This document shows positions 13,967 through 26,700 of a DNA stretch of 64,000 nucleotides, piece after piece. Source of the DNA: Felis catus (lineage: Eukaryota); assembly GCF_018350175.1 (NCBI RefSeq), contig NC_058368.1:233370001-233434000 (forward strand), written 5' to 3'. How positions within the stretch are numbered: the first letter of the stretch is position 1; each line of letters opens with the position of its first letter. Position numbers and translations under genes: made by a program. The notes below the pieces were generated by a model, which had not been told where the DNA came from, did not search any database, and worked only from the letters and a program-made list of their open reading frames with translations.

Positions 13967-14140
13967 TCAGGGCCCGGATGACAGGAGGTGAGTGAGGCGC
14001 CCCCCTCAGGCACAGAGTTTAAGGAGGCACCAAAAAGCTCAAGAGTCATGATAAATGACATCCTAATGCAGTATTTTAAAAATAAAAATTAATGCAGAGA
14101 AATCCAGAAGGAATGTAACAAAATTTTAAATGAAGGTAAG
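13967..14140 (+). mobile_element. hAT-type MITE fragment (MER96B-like), resuming after the LTR at ~14780
   Basis: 'cagggcc...gtgagtgaggcgcc...tttaaggaggcaccaaaagctcaag...gataaat...taatgcagtattttaaaaataaaaattaatgca' resembles the recalled MER96B consensus. Confidence 0.6.
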
Positions 14141-14213
14141 TATGTGGTGTGAATTGTGTCCCAACCCAAATTCCTATCTTGAAGTCTTAAAATCCTCCCC
14201 ACTAAGAACTTTT

Positions 14214-14277
<64 letters not shown>

Positions 14278-14777
14278 TTCTTTCTTTCTTTCCTTTCTTT
14301 CTTTCTTTCTTTTCTTTTTCTTTCTTTCTTTTTCTTCCTTCCTTCCTTCCTTTTCTCTCTTCCTTCCTTCCTTTTTTCCTTCTTTCCTTCCTTTTCCTTT
14401 CTTTTCTTTCCTTTCCTTTTCTTTTCTCTCTCTCTTCCTTCCTTCTTTCCTTCCTTCCTTCTCCTTTCCTTTTTTTTCCTTTCCTGTCCTTTCCTTTCCT
14501 TTCCTTTCCTTTCCTTTCCTTTCCTTTCCTTTCCTTTCCTTTCCTTTCTCCTTCCTTCCTTCCTTCCTTCCTTCCTTCCTTCCTTCCTTCCTTCCTTCCT
14601 TCCTACCATGTGAGGGCACAGTACGAAGGGGGCCATCTACAAGCAGGAAGAGCTGTATCCTGCAGAAACTTGATCTGGGACATCCAGCTTCCAGAACTGG
14701 TGGAAAATAAATGTCTGCTTTCTGAGCCACTGAACCTGTGGTGTTCTGTTATGGTGGCCCCCTCGCTGACTGAGACA
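14141..14777 (+). mobile_element. MaLR solo LTR (MLT1A-like) split by a large microsatellite
   Basis: 5' 'gtgaattgtgtcccaacccaaattcctatcttgaagtc' and 3' 'ccatgtgagggcacag...cagcttccagaactg...aataaatgtctgc...gactgagaca'; flanks ggtaag/gctaag resemble a TSD. Confidence 0.8.
14209..14604. repeat. Compound polypyrimidine/polypurine microsatellite (TTTC)n-(TTTCC)n-(TTCC)n
   Basis: About 395 nt of C/T on the + strand with a single G at ~14486. Confidence 0.98.
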
Positions 14778-15825
14778 GCTAAGTTCCGACAGTGCCTTGC
14801 TGAACGCCTTAGAGGCTGAGGCAAAAGGGCTATACACGAGATTTCATGTTATTTTTTTTTAACGGTTAACTTTTCCCACGACACTAAAGGTGTTAAAAAG
14901 GTAGAAGTTTGCTTCCATAAAGCCAGGAAGATAAAATTATCATTAGTTCTGTTGTTGGTATAATTAAGGTACTAATTGGTATTCAAATAGTGTTAGACAT
15001 TTCCATACCTATATACTCCAATTTCCCAATAGTTCTGTCAGCACTTTAATATTCTGTCAGTAAAAATCCAACCACCAGAAGTATACGCTACCATTTATAC
15101 AGGGCGACGCGTTCTTCCTTTTGCCTCGGGCACCAAGATGGCTCGGAAGGATACTGCTCAGAACCCAAGAGAAGATTCTTCTGAAGTTTCTTCTGCTGCC
15201 ATTTTACTTTTCCTTACTACTCAGGTAATGCCCACCCGTTGCGAAATAATAACCTGGGAGCAAAAACCCAAGGGGAAGAGCAAATGGGATACGTGTTACC
15301 CATTCCCCTGGAGAACCGCTCGCGTTAACTTTGAGTCAGATGGTTCGCCTTCTAGTCTTGGCCCATGAATACTGAGGAAAAGAGCAGGGGCTCTGCTCAG
15401 CATGCCACTGTCCCTCTGTCCCTCTCTCACTCCATCCGGTCTGTGGGAGGCGCGGGAGAGGGCCCAGCGGCTCCGGGCCCAGCCCTTCCTTTCTTGGGGG
15501 GGGGGGGGAGTCGGCCTGCCTACAGCAAGCTGTGCTCTGGTAAGTTCTGTTCCCCAGATGCACCCACCCCTGCCTCACAGCAAATCTGTGCCGGTGCCAT
15601 CAGGAGGCCCGCTGTCCTAAAAGGAAGGAGGGGGTCTTGTTTATTGAACCACAGTCTACACAAGCATATCTACACATCCACAGACACATACATACACACA
15701 GAAACAAAACACAACAGAAAACCCTCTCAAAACTACAGTTAATTGAAGATAACTCAATTTTGCCCAAGCCACCTTTTCAACCAAATTTCTAAGTGGTCAG
15801 CTTGGTTTTTAACTGCATTGGTTCT

Positions 15826-16180
15826 TTTTTTTTTTTTTTTTTACTGTGTATTTAATAAATATATTTATTTTATTTATTTATTTACAGTAAATTTATTTAC
15901 AGTAAATAAGTAAATACTGTGTATTTATTTACAGTAAATTTATTTGCAGTAAATAAATAAATAAATACTGTGTATTTAATAAATAAAAAATACGGTGTAT
16001 TTATTTTGAGGGAGAGCACAAGTGGGGGAGGGGCAGAGAGACAGGGAGACGGAATCCCAGGCAGGCTCCACGCTGTCAGCGCAGAGCCTGATGTGGGGCT
16101 GATCTCACAAACTCTGAGATCATGACCTGAGCAGAAACCAAAAGTCAGACACTTGACCACCTGAGTCACCCAGGTGCCCC
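15826..16180 (-). mobile_element. CanSINE with expanded patterned AT-rich tail
   Basis: Body ~16003-16180; tail of repeated tttacagtaaat and aaatactgtgtattt units. Confidence 0.9.
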
Positions 16181-16197
16181 TTGGTCACGTTTTACAA

Positions 16198-16413
16198 TTT
16201 TTTACTTATTTTTTTTAACGTTAATTTTTAAGAGACAGAAACTCAGTGTGAGTGGGGGAGGGGCAGAGAGAGAGAGGGGGGCACAGAATCTGAAGCAGCC
16301 TCCAGGCTCCGAGCTGTCAGCACAGAGCCCGACGCGGGGCTCGAACCCATGAACCGTGAGATCATGACCTGAGCCGAAGTCAGATGCTCAACCGACTGAG
16401 CCACCCAGGTGCC
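16198..16413 (-). mobile_element. CanSINE (second of a tandem trio)
   Basis: Full body gagcccgacgcggggctcgaaccc...gagccacccaggtgcc. Confidence 0.93.
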
Positions 16414-16424
16414 TGACCACATTA

Positions 16425-16683
16425 TTTTTATTTATTTTACTTATTTAAAAATGTTTTTAATATTTATTTATTTTGAGAGCCAGAGCAGAGGAGGGACAGA
16501 GAGAGACAGAGAGAAAGAGAGAGACAGAGAGAGAGAGAGAGAGATAGAATCTCAGGCAGGCTCCAGGCTCTGAGCTATCAGCACAGAGCCCCATGCGGGG
16601 CTTGAACTCACTAACAGTGAGATCATGACCTGAACTGAAACCAAGAATTGGACACTAGACCAAGTGAGCTACCCAGGTGCCCC
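16425..16683 (-). mobile_element. CanSINE (third of a tandem trio)
   Basis: Full body with (GA)n and head ending ...acccaggtgcccc. Confidence 0.92.
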
Positions 16684-17038
16684 TTGGCCACACTGTTTTT
16701 AATCAAAAGACCAGGAGCCATCTTTTAATAAGCCATCTTAAAATAAACCACTCCAATCTACTTTCTTGTAGATTTATCTGGAATCAAGCAGCGACCAGAT
16801 CTTTTTTTGTTTTTGTTTTTGTTTTTTTTCCTATCCCTGTTGACCGGAGAAAGGAGTTCTGTGACCGGACCCTCAGAAGCCTCTGGATTTCTCATCTTTT
16901 TTCACAGGACCTTAATCACGGAGGCTTAGGTTGTACACACAGTACAGTTTATGAGTTAGCGTGTGGCCGTTCTGGCTCCAGGGATGATCCGTGGGCGGAA
17001 CCAAGGCTCAATGTGCTGCGTACCAGACACATCCGTAC

Positions 17039-17146
17039 CTGGGTATGCTCCTGGCTGGGCACGGCGCTCAGACCGGTCGCGGCCATATACGTGCTGCCGA
17101 TGGTCTTGATCTTTTCAACTCCACTGAATTTCGGCTTGGACAGCAG
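17039..17146 (-). CDS. ADCY2: Adenylate cyclase 2, coding exon (~exon 22), C2a catalytic domain
   Basis: 108 nt (not in the ORF track); acceptor ...ttcacag|CTG, donor CAG|gtacgg; LLSKPKFSGVEKIKTIGSTYMAATGLSAVPSQEHTQ, containing the ATP-specifying KIKTIGSTY motif. Confidence 0.97.
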
Positions 17147-18919
17147 CTGTGAAGCAATGACAACTGTTCAGTTACTCAGTTGGGTGCAGTGTCTAAAGAC
17201 ATTCTCCAGTTCTAGTTCACGGCAATAGGAATATGAACGATTCCAACCGCTGCTTATTCACATTGCGACCTCGGGCTTTGCTGAGAAAGAACGCTTTATA
17301 CACTCCACGAAGAGCGTTGTCCTTGGAAGGAACTGCAGCATAATGATATGCTTCCAATTAGCATGAATTACCTTTTAATCTGCTAGGGAAGGAACCGGGA
17401 TAAATTATGATGCAAGTGATAACAGTCTCAAATAAATTTCCCATCTCTGTGTTTAAAAGGCCAAACACAAAAGTATGATTCAGTGAGGGAGGTCTTCCCT
17501 GCATGGTGAGGGTGATTTATGACCACTTATGGTGCCGAGAATTGGCTTTTGCCTCTGAGCTCTAGATGTAAAGGGAATAATTATCTAGGATGGCTCTCCC
17601 CATCAGCTCTGACCCTAACACTTCTTGTCCCAGTTTCTGGTACCAGTTAGTTACCAGCTCCCACTGCCTCCTCCCCGGCCAAGTACATTAGGACTTGGGT
17701 TGGGATGGAGAAAATGTGAAAATAAGAGCAGAGGCTATAGGAAAGAGAACGAAGGGGTGAGAGAGGAAGGGAAGGAGACTCTGGAAGGTTCTTTATCTGC
17801 TCATGAGGCCAAAGGCACCAACTGAAGGCTGGGGACATCTTCCTGACCTTTTGTCGGCACTCCTGCTTTCAAAAGGGATTCTTTCAAGATTCCATGTCAG
17901 AGGGTCTAAGGCAGGTTAGGAGATGCCTGTACCTCATATCCATGAGCCAATCCAACCCCAAATAGCCCTGCCACTCACCCACCCGTACTGGCGAGCATTT
18001 ATTTCACTGAGGGGCAGCTGTAGCCAATAGGCCACTGTTTCTCACCAGGAACCTGGCATAACCATGGGAAGCACTAGTTGTCATTACTTCGCCATAAGTC
18101 TTGAGTCAATCTCATGCTGACAATGGTGATAACAGAGAAATGCACAGGTCACACACGACATTTAGAAGCTTGGCCTGCAAACATCACGTTACGTAAATAA
18201 TTTCGTCACGGTATTTCGAAGTTCCATGAATCCCGATGAACCTCTGTTCACGGATGTCAACTTTGCTATAGTTTGCTTGATATTTATAAGAACGATGTAG
18301 CAGCAACATCCTTAAAACCACTGGTGTGTTTGTTCTTATCAGCAAACAAAACACGTTATTCTCCATGTAGGCAGAATATTGAAAATTGAAAAATGATACG
18401 TATTTCAAATTACGAAACATATACTGTGTCCCTTCTCAAATATATTATCCCTCATCCATATTGCTTTTTCAATAATAGAGCGTATCATCCCTGCACAGTT
18501 CAAGTTGATATCTGACCTTGGAGTATGCCGAGATAGACACGCCAGTCATCTACTATGATAAATACATTCATTATTTCTTTTTGTATCAACCGATAAGCAA
18601 GTATTTTCCTTGGAGTTCAAGCCTTTTGAGAAAATCCGCCAGCAAACTGGAAAGACGTTTTATTGATACCGATTGTGGTACTGGTTCCTAGGGAACACAC
18701 TACCTCACAAATAAAATACATCATTTCTCCAAAATTCGTCAAGGACCATAACAGAGCAAAAGGCTTTACTTTTCGTCCAGCCACCAATAATTACACCAGG
18801 AGACGTGCATTAAGACACGCCACAGGATGGGACTAGCTTCAGACGGGATGGCCACCAGAATGCCGAAGTGTGGGACGGGGGCCACCCTGGCCTGTCAGGG
18901 GTAACTCTCGGGTACCTAC

Positions 18920-19066
18920 ATCATCAAAGTCGGCGATGATCTCGTTCAGGAGCCGAAGGCATTCCAAGCCCTCCTTGTTCACATCCGATTCTGTGTAGAA
19001 TTCCTTGAAATCCGGAATGGAAGCAAACATGACACAGACACAGTCGTAGGACTGGTGGTACAACTC
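18920..19066 (-). CDS. ADCY2: Adenylate cyclase 2, coding exon (~exon 21), C2a catalytic domain
   Basis: 147 nt; acceptor ...gggcag|GAG, donor GAT|gtaggt; [49 protein letters not shown], a classic class III cyclase C2 motif. Confidence 0.98.
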
Positions 19067-20584
19067 CTGCCCGGGAGGAAAGTGAGAGCTGAGCACTAGG
19101 AAACCTTGTAAACAAACATGCTCTTAAGACAAGTGTTTCTTTATGCGGGGATTGGTGAAGAAATCACCCGGTGCCCCCCTGCATGTGCCCCCAAACCAGC
19201 CCCTGGCCCATTCCGGACGCCGGCCATGACGGCAGGTGAGGGCTTCTAAGGAGCAGGATGCAGGCTGAGCCCTCAACACAGTGTTTCCACTGCCACTAGC
19301 AGCCAGTAGGAGGTGTCCTTCCGGCAAAACTTCTCTGCCATCATTGCCTTCGACGATTACAAGAGATCACAGACTTCTGGCTTCAGAAAGAAATGTCCTG
19401 TAAGCAACTGAAGGCCAACAAAACGATCTCCCAAACTACTATACTAAAATGCCTAAAATGACTACATTGTCATGGCTACATCCTTTGTACTGAGGTCTTT
19501 ATGCCTGTTTTTCTTTAGTGTCTCCTGAGAGGAGCTCCTCAAGTTACCTCTTAATTACCCCAGAAAGAACCGACGACACTCCCTGGGTTACTTATCCACA
19601 TCGAATCAAACGCCAACTCTGTTTATTCAAGATAGGCTTTTGCTGTTAAATACAAAGAGGCTCATGTTTCTGCATCCATAGACATGAATAAAATTACAAT
19701 GTCTTCTAAATACAATTTTAAGGCGTTGCCATAGTTTTTTTCAACACACAGTGAAACTCTGAAGTTCAGTGAAGGTTTGAGAAAGGAAGGGTTGTTATGT
19801 GGGCAGAAAGGCTGGCCCTGGGTGTGAGGACCTGTCCCCCTACTGGCGCTGGCTCATCAGGGCCCTCAGGTGGCATGACATGGGCAGGAAGGCCAGGCGC
19901 CAGGGAAATGCTCCCTCCGTGGGAAATATGAGGAGAGTTCTGTCAAACAAGATGGCCGCCCTCAACGTGGATGGAAGAATGCAAGTCACTGGCGCTTCCT
20001 GTGCGCCTGGCAGGGTGAGGCAATCCACTCTGCATGAACGTTGTAGTGAGCTCTGCTCTCTGAGGCACCAGACGAATCCCCCCGCTGGGAGAGCGCACTT
20101 CGGCAGCACCGTAACTCCCAAGTTTGGTGGCCTTTCCAAGGAGCCGTCCTTCCCCACTGAGGTCTCCTCACAAACACAGCAGGCCAATGGCAGCCCATGG
20201 ACGGTCACAACCACTTCCGGGAAAAGCTAGCCTCAAGTCAGCCTCCTGTTCTCAGGGCCAGCCACCCGTAATGCCTTCTGCTACAACCTCACAATCTCTA
20301 TAAAACACATGAACGACAGAACCAAGGGTTTTCTTTTCCACTCTGCTCTCAACATGGTTGCACTGGCTCACCGCGCAGACCTGTTCTTTGTCCGAGAAGC
20401 TGCTGCTGTGAACATTCATATCCTGGGAAGACAACCTGCGACACAGATGACTGTCAAGTTGCAAGGCCTGGCAATGCTAAGCCGGGGAGTCAGGGTTTAC
20501 CGGGAGACAACCCCCTAGAAGCCCCTGCTAGTTAACAGTGCCAGTTTTATAAAAGAAGTATAAACTTCATAGACTTCCCTATTC

Positions 20585-20630
20585 TTTTTTTTTTTTAAGT
20601 TTATGCATTTATTTTTGAGAGGGGGGTAGG

Positions 20631-20661
<31 letters not shown>

Positions 20662-20780
20662 TCCCAAGCTGTCAGCACAGAGCCCAGTGCAGGGCTTGAA
20701 CTCAGGAACCATGAGATCATGACTTGAGCTAAAATCAAGAGTGGGACGCTCAACCGACTGAGCCACCCACGTGGTGGCCC
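20585..20780 (-). mobile_element. CanSINE
   Basis: Body plus T-tail; TSD gacttccctattctt / gacttccctgttctt. Confidence 0.92.
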
Positions 20781-23700
20781 ACTGACTTCCCTGTTCTTAA
20801 GGAAAAGGAGCGTATCTGGCAAGACAAGGAAATGTTTTCTGCACCTTGCATGTCCCCACTGTCTGTGGATACTGGCCAGAGTGACCGTCTGGGGCACGAT
20901 GTTAAAAATAAGCTCGGGAGCGGTCAGCACTGACTCAGTGCCTGCTGCCTGATGGGGGCAGCTGTCAACACTCCACAGGAAGTAACTTGCCCCCGATGAC
21001 GATCCTATGAGGCCGGCACTCTTACTTCAACGTACAGATGCGGAGACCGAGGCAGAGGGCAATTACAGTACTTGCCCAAGGTTGCAGTTACCAAGTCTGA
21101 TGCAGAGTTCCCTCTTACAGGTGCTACACTTTACCCTTGAACCTGGATCTCCTGATGACCGCAGGCCGTGCTGCCCAGATGCAGGGGCGGTGGGGGCCTC
21201 GCCCCACGTGCAGGTCATGTCGCTTTACCTCTCTCCTTTCCTTGGGGGTCCTTAAGGGTGTACAGGAGTGGGAGACGATGAAATTGCCAGACTGGACCGA
21301 CTCGCAGTTCGGATGAGGGTTCATTTGAACTGCACTGTGTTGGGGTCCAATAAAATCAGGTCTATGTATTGGAAGGGGTCTGATGTGTTATCTCGTTTCA
21401 CTGTCCACAAACAGGAATGCATGGGACAGTCACCAGTGGGTTTTCCGGCCCTGGGGTGACCTCCAAGCCTGCGCATCATTTTTGAAAAGGGCCATGGGTT
21501 ATTCTGCTAGGCAGCCTTGGTTAGGAGTCACAGGCTGAATGACAAAGTAGAAGGTTGGGGGAGCCGGATGATGCACCAGGGCTCCCGGCGGGCCTAGGGG
21601 CCAGGACTAATCTCTGGAACCCTGGTCAGGCACTCTGCAGGTGCCTGAGTGCTGCTGGGGGCTTGGGCTGCAAACTGCTCACCCACTCTCTCTCTAGATC
21701 AGTTTCCTGGGACCTTCGTTGAAACACCAAGGATGAGTGTGGACCTCTGCCCCCCCCCGCCCCGCCCAGTCCCTGATTCAGCCTTGAGGGCTACTCCTGA
21801 GAAACAGGGAAACTTCACCAATGGGAAGCTTCATAAATTCTGTGGAGCCAGGGAAACGTGCAAGGCTTAGAACCATACCCCAAACTCAGGTCTTTGGGTT
21901 GGTCTTGGGGCCAGAGTGGACCACAAGCCGACTGGCTGGTGGTCTGACCTTAGCTCGTATTTCCAGAGGATCTGGGTATGGGGGTAGGGCACGTGGGCAG
22001 ACTCCCAGGAGAGTCTGGAGTTCAAGGTCTAGAGTGGATGACTCTTGTTGGGCACACTGTTGCCCGAAGGGATCACTGCGCTTTGGAGTTGGAAATGAGC
22101 TCATGTGTCCTTTCAACGCTTGTTCACACGTCACCACTCTGCCAAAGAAGCTCAAGTAACGAAAACACAATCAGAAATGCCACCAGCCCCTTCCGTCTGC
22201 ATTTTCCACTTATCAGGGACCCGCCTGTCACCCGTGTCCCCCAGAGGCAGGTGTTTCCCCGGGACCACTCAGCGACACAAGCACAGGGCACACATGTCAG
22301 GCTGAGTAGGTTCTGACCCATTCACAAGGCTGGAGGTGAAGGGAAGATCCCCGGGGGGCTTACGTCTCACTACGTCCTGTCCAGCACCCCTCTTCCAGCC
22401 CCCAGTCCCCTGCCCATTCCTACGCCCCCTGCGAGGGAAGGGGGGAGAATCAAGCAATCAGGTTTCCAGCAGAGCACTTGTAAAGCAAGCGGTTAGCGCC
22501 CCCTGTGGAACATGGGAGCTCCTGTCTGTGTCAAAGGCCGAAATTCACTTTAGGTCCGCGTGGCATGCCCTGGAAAATGCTCAGAACTGCCATTCGCACT
22601 CAGTTTCCAAACTTCCACATCCGTGCTCTCTCCTACGGGTCCATTCTGCAGCAAAGGAGGGCCTTCCCACCTCCCCCATTTCCCCCCAACGGACTGTGTG
22701 CTCACCATTTAGCATCCTCTTCCCAGCGGTCATCGGATTCCTCATTTACTCAGGGGACTGGAGTAATGCGGAAGCACGAAGGCATCTCCGGAGGTGCTGG
22801 GGGCGTGCCAGCCTGGCTACGGGGATCAGGGCAGAGGGTCTGCCTGGAGGCGGTGGCGGTGGGGCTCATGGCTGGGAAGGCGGGTACGGTGCGCCCACCT
22901 GGTGAATGCCCGCACACCCACAGCGACACCTGTGTCCTGTTTTGACCGAACCTCAGTTCGCCAGCAACGCGGCCGCCTGGCTCAGAATCACACGCCATTC
23001 TCGCCACCCGGCGACTCGGCAGAGGGTAGACTGCAGTGACAAAATGTAGCCTTTTCAACAAGCGATGAAAGCTGGCTTTGATGTCTGCTCAAGAGGCATC
23101 TCGAAAGCTCCCTCTACAGTAGGGCGGTTTCAAGGGCTCCGGCCCAGGAGCACAGAGCTCTCTCCCTGAGCTCGGATGGCCTGTCGCCTGCGTCTGGCCA
23201 AGAACCCTCAGCATCTGAGGGAGAAAACTGCAGAAGTTCTGAGCGAAGCGAATGCCCTGAGGGAAGGAAGAGGCACCGGCGACACCCATCAGGGCTCTGC
23301 CCGCACACAGGTTTTCGTTGAAGTCAAAGCTTTTAGGGGATGTGATTGTAATTCAATCACGCTTTGCTTCTGAAAAGAAATTCATTTCCTCTGAACATCC
23401 ACGTGGTGGCCTGGAGAACCAAAGAGTGAAGGAAGGCTCTTTGTTAACATCGGTCCCGGCTTAGGTCGTGTGTCCTGTTCCCAAGGACTGTTCCAGAAAA
23501 CCGTGCATTGGTAATGTTGGTGGTGGGACTGAAAGGCTTGCTCCTGTCCGCCCCAAGCTCTGAAGGTAACCCGGGCATCTGCATTCGGATGGCGTGGGTG
23601 CTCAGCCCTCCCCCCGGAGGAGGAGCCGGGAAGGCGCAGCGGCTGGTCTGAGGGCAAAGGGGTTCCATGGAGGTTTGCCCTCTTCAGGCCCCAAAGGGGG

Positions 23701-26700
23701 CGGGGGGGCGGAAGGAGGCTTCCTTGAAGCTATGAATAAGTTCCAGTGGGCAGTGACTCTTAAGTTTTGCATACATCTGGGATATTTGCTTAAAAGAAAA
23801 CTAAGATGGAGTGCTGACTGCCGGCCAGCATCGCTGTGAAGCTTCGCGTGAGTTGCTGCTCTTACCTTTGGGAACAGCCTCTGAGAGGATGGAGGCCTGA
23901 GAAGTGCCAGGGCTGGGGCCGAACCTGTGAGCTCGGCCGCCAAGCGGGGCCCGGCAGGTGGGGGAGAGCTGGCCCGGGGCCCAGGAAAGCCACACGGAGC
24001 CCGCGCGGCAGGGATCCCTTCGGGAGGCCTTGCTCCTGGGCGCAGGGCTCTCTCTCGGCCCCTAGTGTCAGCCATGCTCTGGGACCCAGCAGAAGAGGCC
24101 TCCCTCCAGGGGACTGCATTTCTCACAACAGCCGAACCTCCTCCCCAGGAAGCCTCGGGGTGCGAGAGGGCTCACGCAGGGGACACGTCCTTGGCCCTGA
24201 CCCCGGAGGTCCTTGACGTTATCCGCGCTGCTGAACAGCACACATGCCATTACTGCGTAGCTGCAGGAGGCTGAACACCATCCGCCTGGCTGGCCTGGGA
24301 CGATGAGGCCGGGATTCTGCATGGCTGGTTGGGGAATGGCTTGTCCCCCGAGGACAGTCAGTCGAGGACAGAGGGGTCAGATCGGGACAGGAGAAGGTGG
24401 GGAGAGCAGAGGGACGGGCCAGGAGTTTGCTACAGTTCACGCGCTCCAATGAGTCTCCTTATAGTAACCTTGTTAGGAGTCTTTGGGAAACCCGCCCCCC
24501 CCAAACCTAAAGATCCCTTCCTGAGAATCACGGCGGGGCGCTCGTTAGACGGCCGGTTAGCGATTCTCTTTCTTGTTCAGCCGGGCGCCGCGAGCTGTTT
24601 TGCATTCAGGATTTTCCCCACGAGGATCACAGCCAGCAGAATCTCCTACACCCCCTCTTTGATCTCCAGCAACTGCACAGCATAACCCTCCCTGCCCAGT
24701 GGGCTGCCTCTCCCGGCCGCCCTGACGGCGCAGCGCCCCGTGGGGGTCCCTGAAATTGTTTAATCCGCGAGACTTAGAGCGGCTGCCTGTAGAGCTGCAC
24801 CCCCCCCCGCCCCCCTGTATTTAACCCAACAGACAAAGACTGGCAGTGAACTATGGAAAGCTACCCCCCAGGGCAGTTGTCTGTTGTCTGACTACATACG
24901 GAGAAGCCTGCGGCCCGCAGCGGAGCAGAACGAAGCGGTCATTTCAAGGACTGTCCCCCTGGTCCGGAGCCCCCGATTTCAGATGCGTGCGGCGCTTTAC
25001 CCTCCTGAGCACAATCAGCAGCGCGAGAGGACACATCTAATGGTGCGTGGGGACCGCGTGGCCCCGAGTGAAAACCCGAAGACCCCTAACGTGGCTGCTG
25101 TGACACCTGGCTGCGGCCGGGAGTTCGAACGGCTCTGGAACTGGAGCAAGTGTCCCTTTTCCTCCGGGCCTGCAGGCTGCCTGGGGCGAGGCGCTGTCCC
25201 CTGCAGGCGGGGACAGGCCGTCCTCACGAGCTGCCGCTGGGAGCCCGGGATTACTTCGGGGCCCAACAGGTTCCAAGCACACGCGGGGATGGACTGGCCA
25301 GGGAGGGGACCCACCCCCCGCAACGAGGAACCTGCCTTCTTTAGCTGACAAAGGAGGAAAGAAAGCACAGGACCGGTTCCATCTACCTGTGCCGATTCCT
25401 ACATTGTCGCCAAAGAGCCCCCCTGCCCCCAACCACCGGGGCAGAGAGGGAGCACCACAGCCCAGACTCCCACCCACTAGGCCACCCTGCCCCCCCCACT
25501 AGGCCACCCTGCCCCCCCCCCCCCACTACAGCGCTTCCCCAGGGAGCCCATCTGGGTGGTGAAGGCTACAGGGGACCCTGTGTGCGTCCAGTTCTTAAAA
25601 TGGCAGCGCTGATGAGACTCGAAGGGACAGGTCACCCCTCTCTTGGGAGCACGCGAGAGCTGTGCTCAGTGACGTGGCACGCAGCAGGGGGCCACTCAGG
25701 AGGCAGACGCGTCACCGTCAGCTGCGGCACGGGCACCTCCCTGCCGGCTGGGCCCCACCTGTGTGGACGTGGGACTCCGTGTCCGGGGATGTCAAATGCC
25801 CCCCTCACCTGGAGGGACGCTCGGGGGAAGCGACGTGTAGGCGTCCCACTCCCCACCCCCTCAAGGCAGCTTGCCAAGTCAGGCACCGCTCTTTCCCTAT
25901 TATGAGCAGAGAGGCTGGGCTCAGCCCAGGGACGGAGAAGGCCAAGTCCACGTGACAGAGCCTAGGTGTGGACGGGAGAGTCAAGCCCACGCTATCCCCC
26001 GCTAGGTTTCTGCTCCTGACCCATCCTGCCATTCCTTACCATTTTCCAAGAGGGAACTGGGTTCAGGCATTCGCTTAGAATAAGTCAGACCGACGGGGAA
26101 GAACAGAGAGAATCCACGGATTCCCCCAAGTCCGGGGAGACCTCGGGAGACATCAGGAAGGGTCTGCCAGGGGGCAGGGCTAATCCCACTGGCTTTGTCA
26201 GGGCTTGAACTAGGCACTCCCCTGGCCAGAATATTCTCACTCCTCCACTCCCCTGCCCCCACCCCCGCCCCGCCCACCCCAGCATCCATCCCCCAGCTAC
26301 TTTCTAGCTCCTTCTTTCCAGTTTCAGAAGCTACCTCCTCACAGTGGCGGCCTGTCTGGGCTCCCGCAGACACGCCGCGAGTGCGCTTGGAGACAAGGGG
26401 ATGCAGTCCCCCTCTGGGCGATGGGGCCACCGCTGTCCCGTTCATCTCTGTGCCCAGGCCCGGCACCAGCGTGGCCGCAGGGCAGGGGCGACAGTAGGCA
26501 CATGCTGAATTTATGAGCCGAACTGACAGCCAGGCACACAGACAGAAAGATGCTCTTATGTCGCTACCGGGGGCAGATGCTCCTTCCTAACAAGCGCAGT
26601 GATTTCGTTATCCGTGGCCAGCGGGTAGACCGGCTGCTGAAGACGTACGGACTTCAGAGAAGAGCGGAAGAAACAGAAAGGTGGGCTCCACAGTCAACCA

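Noticed and set aside
14089..14819. Long ORFs of 213, 229 and 144 aa (KE-rich or FLS-rich)
   Set aside because: Translations of the stop-free pyrimidine microsatellite.
19064..19069. CAGGAG tandem acceptors (also 3503-3508)
   Set aside because: GAG is a rarely used acceptor; the proximal CAG gives the expected protein.
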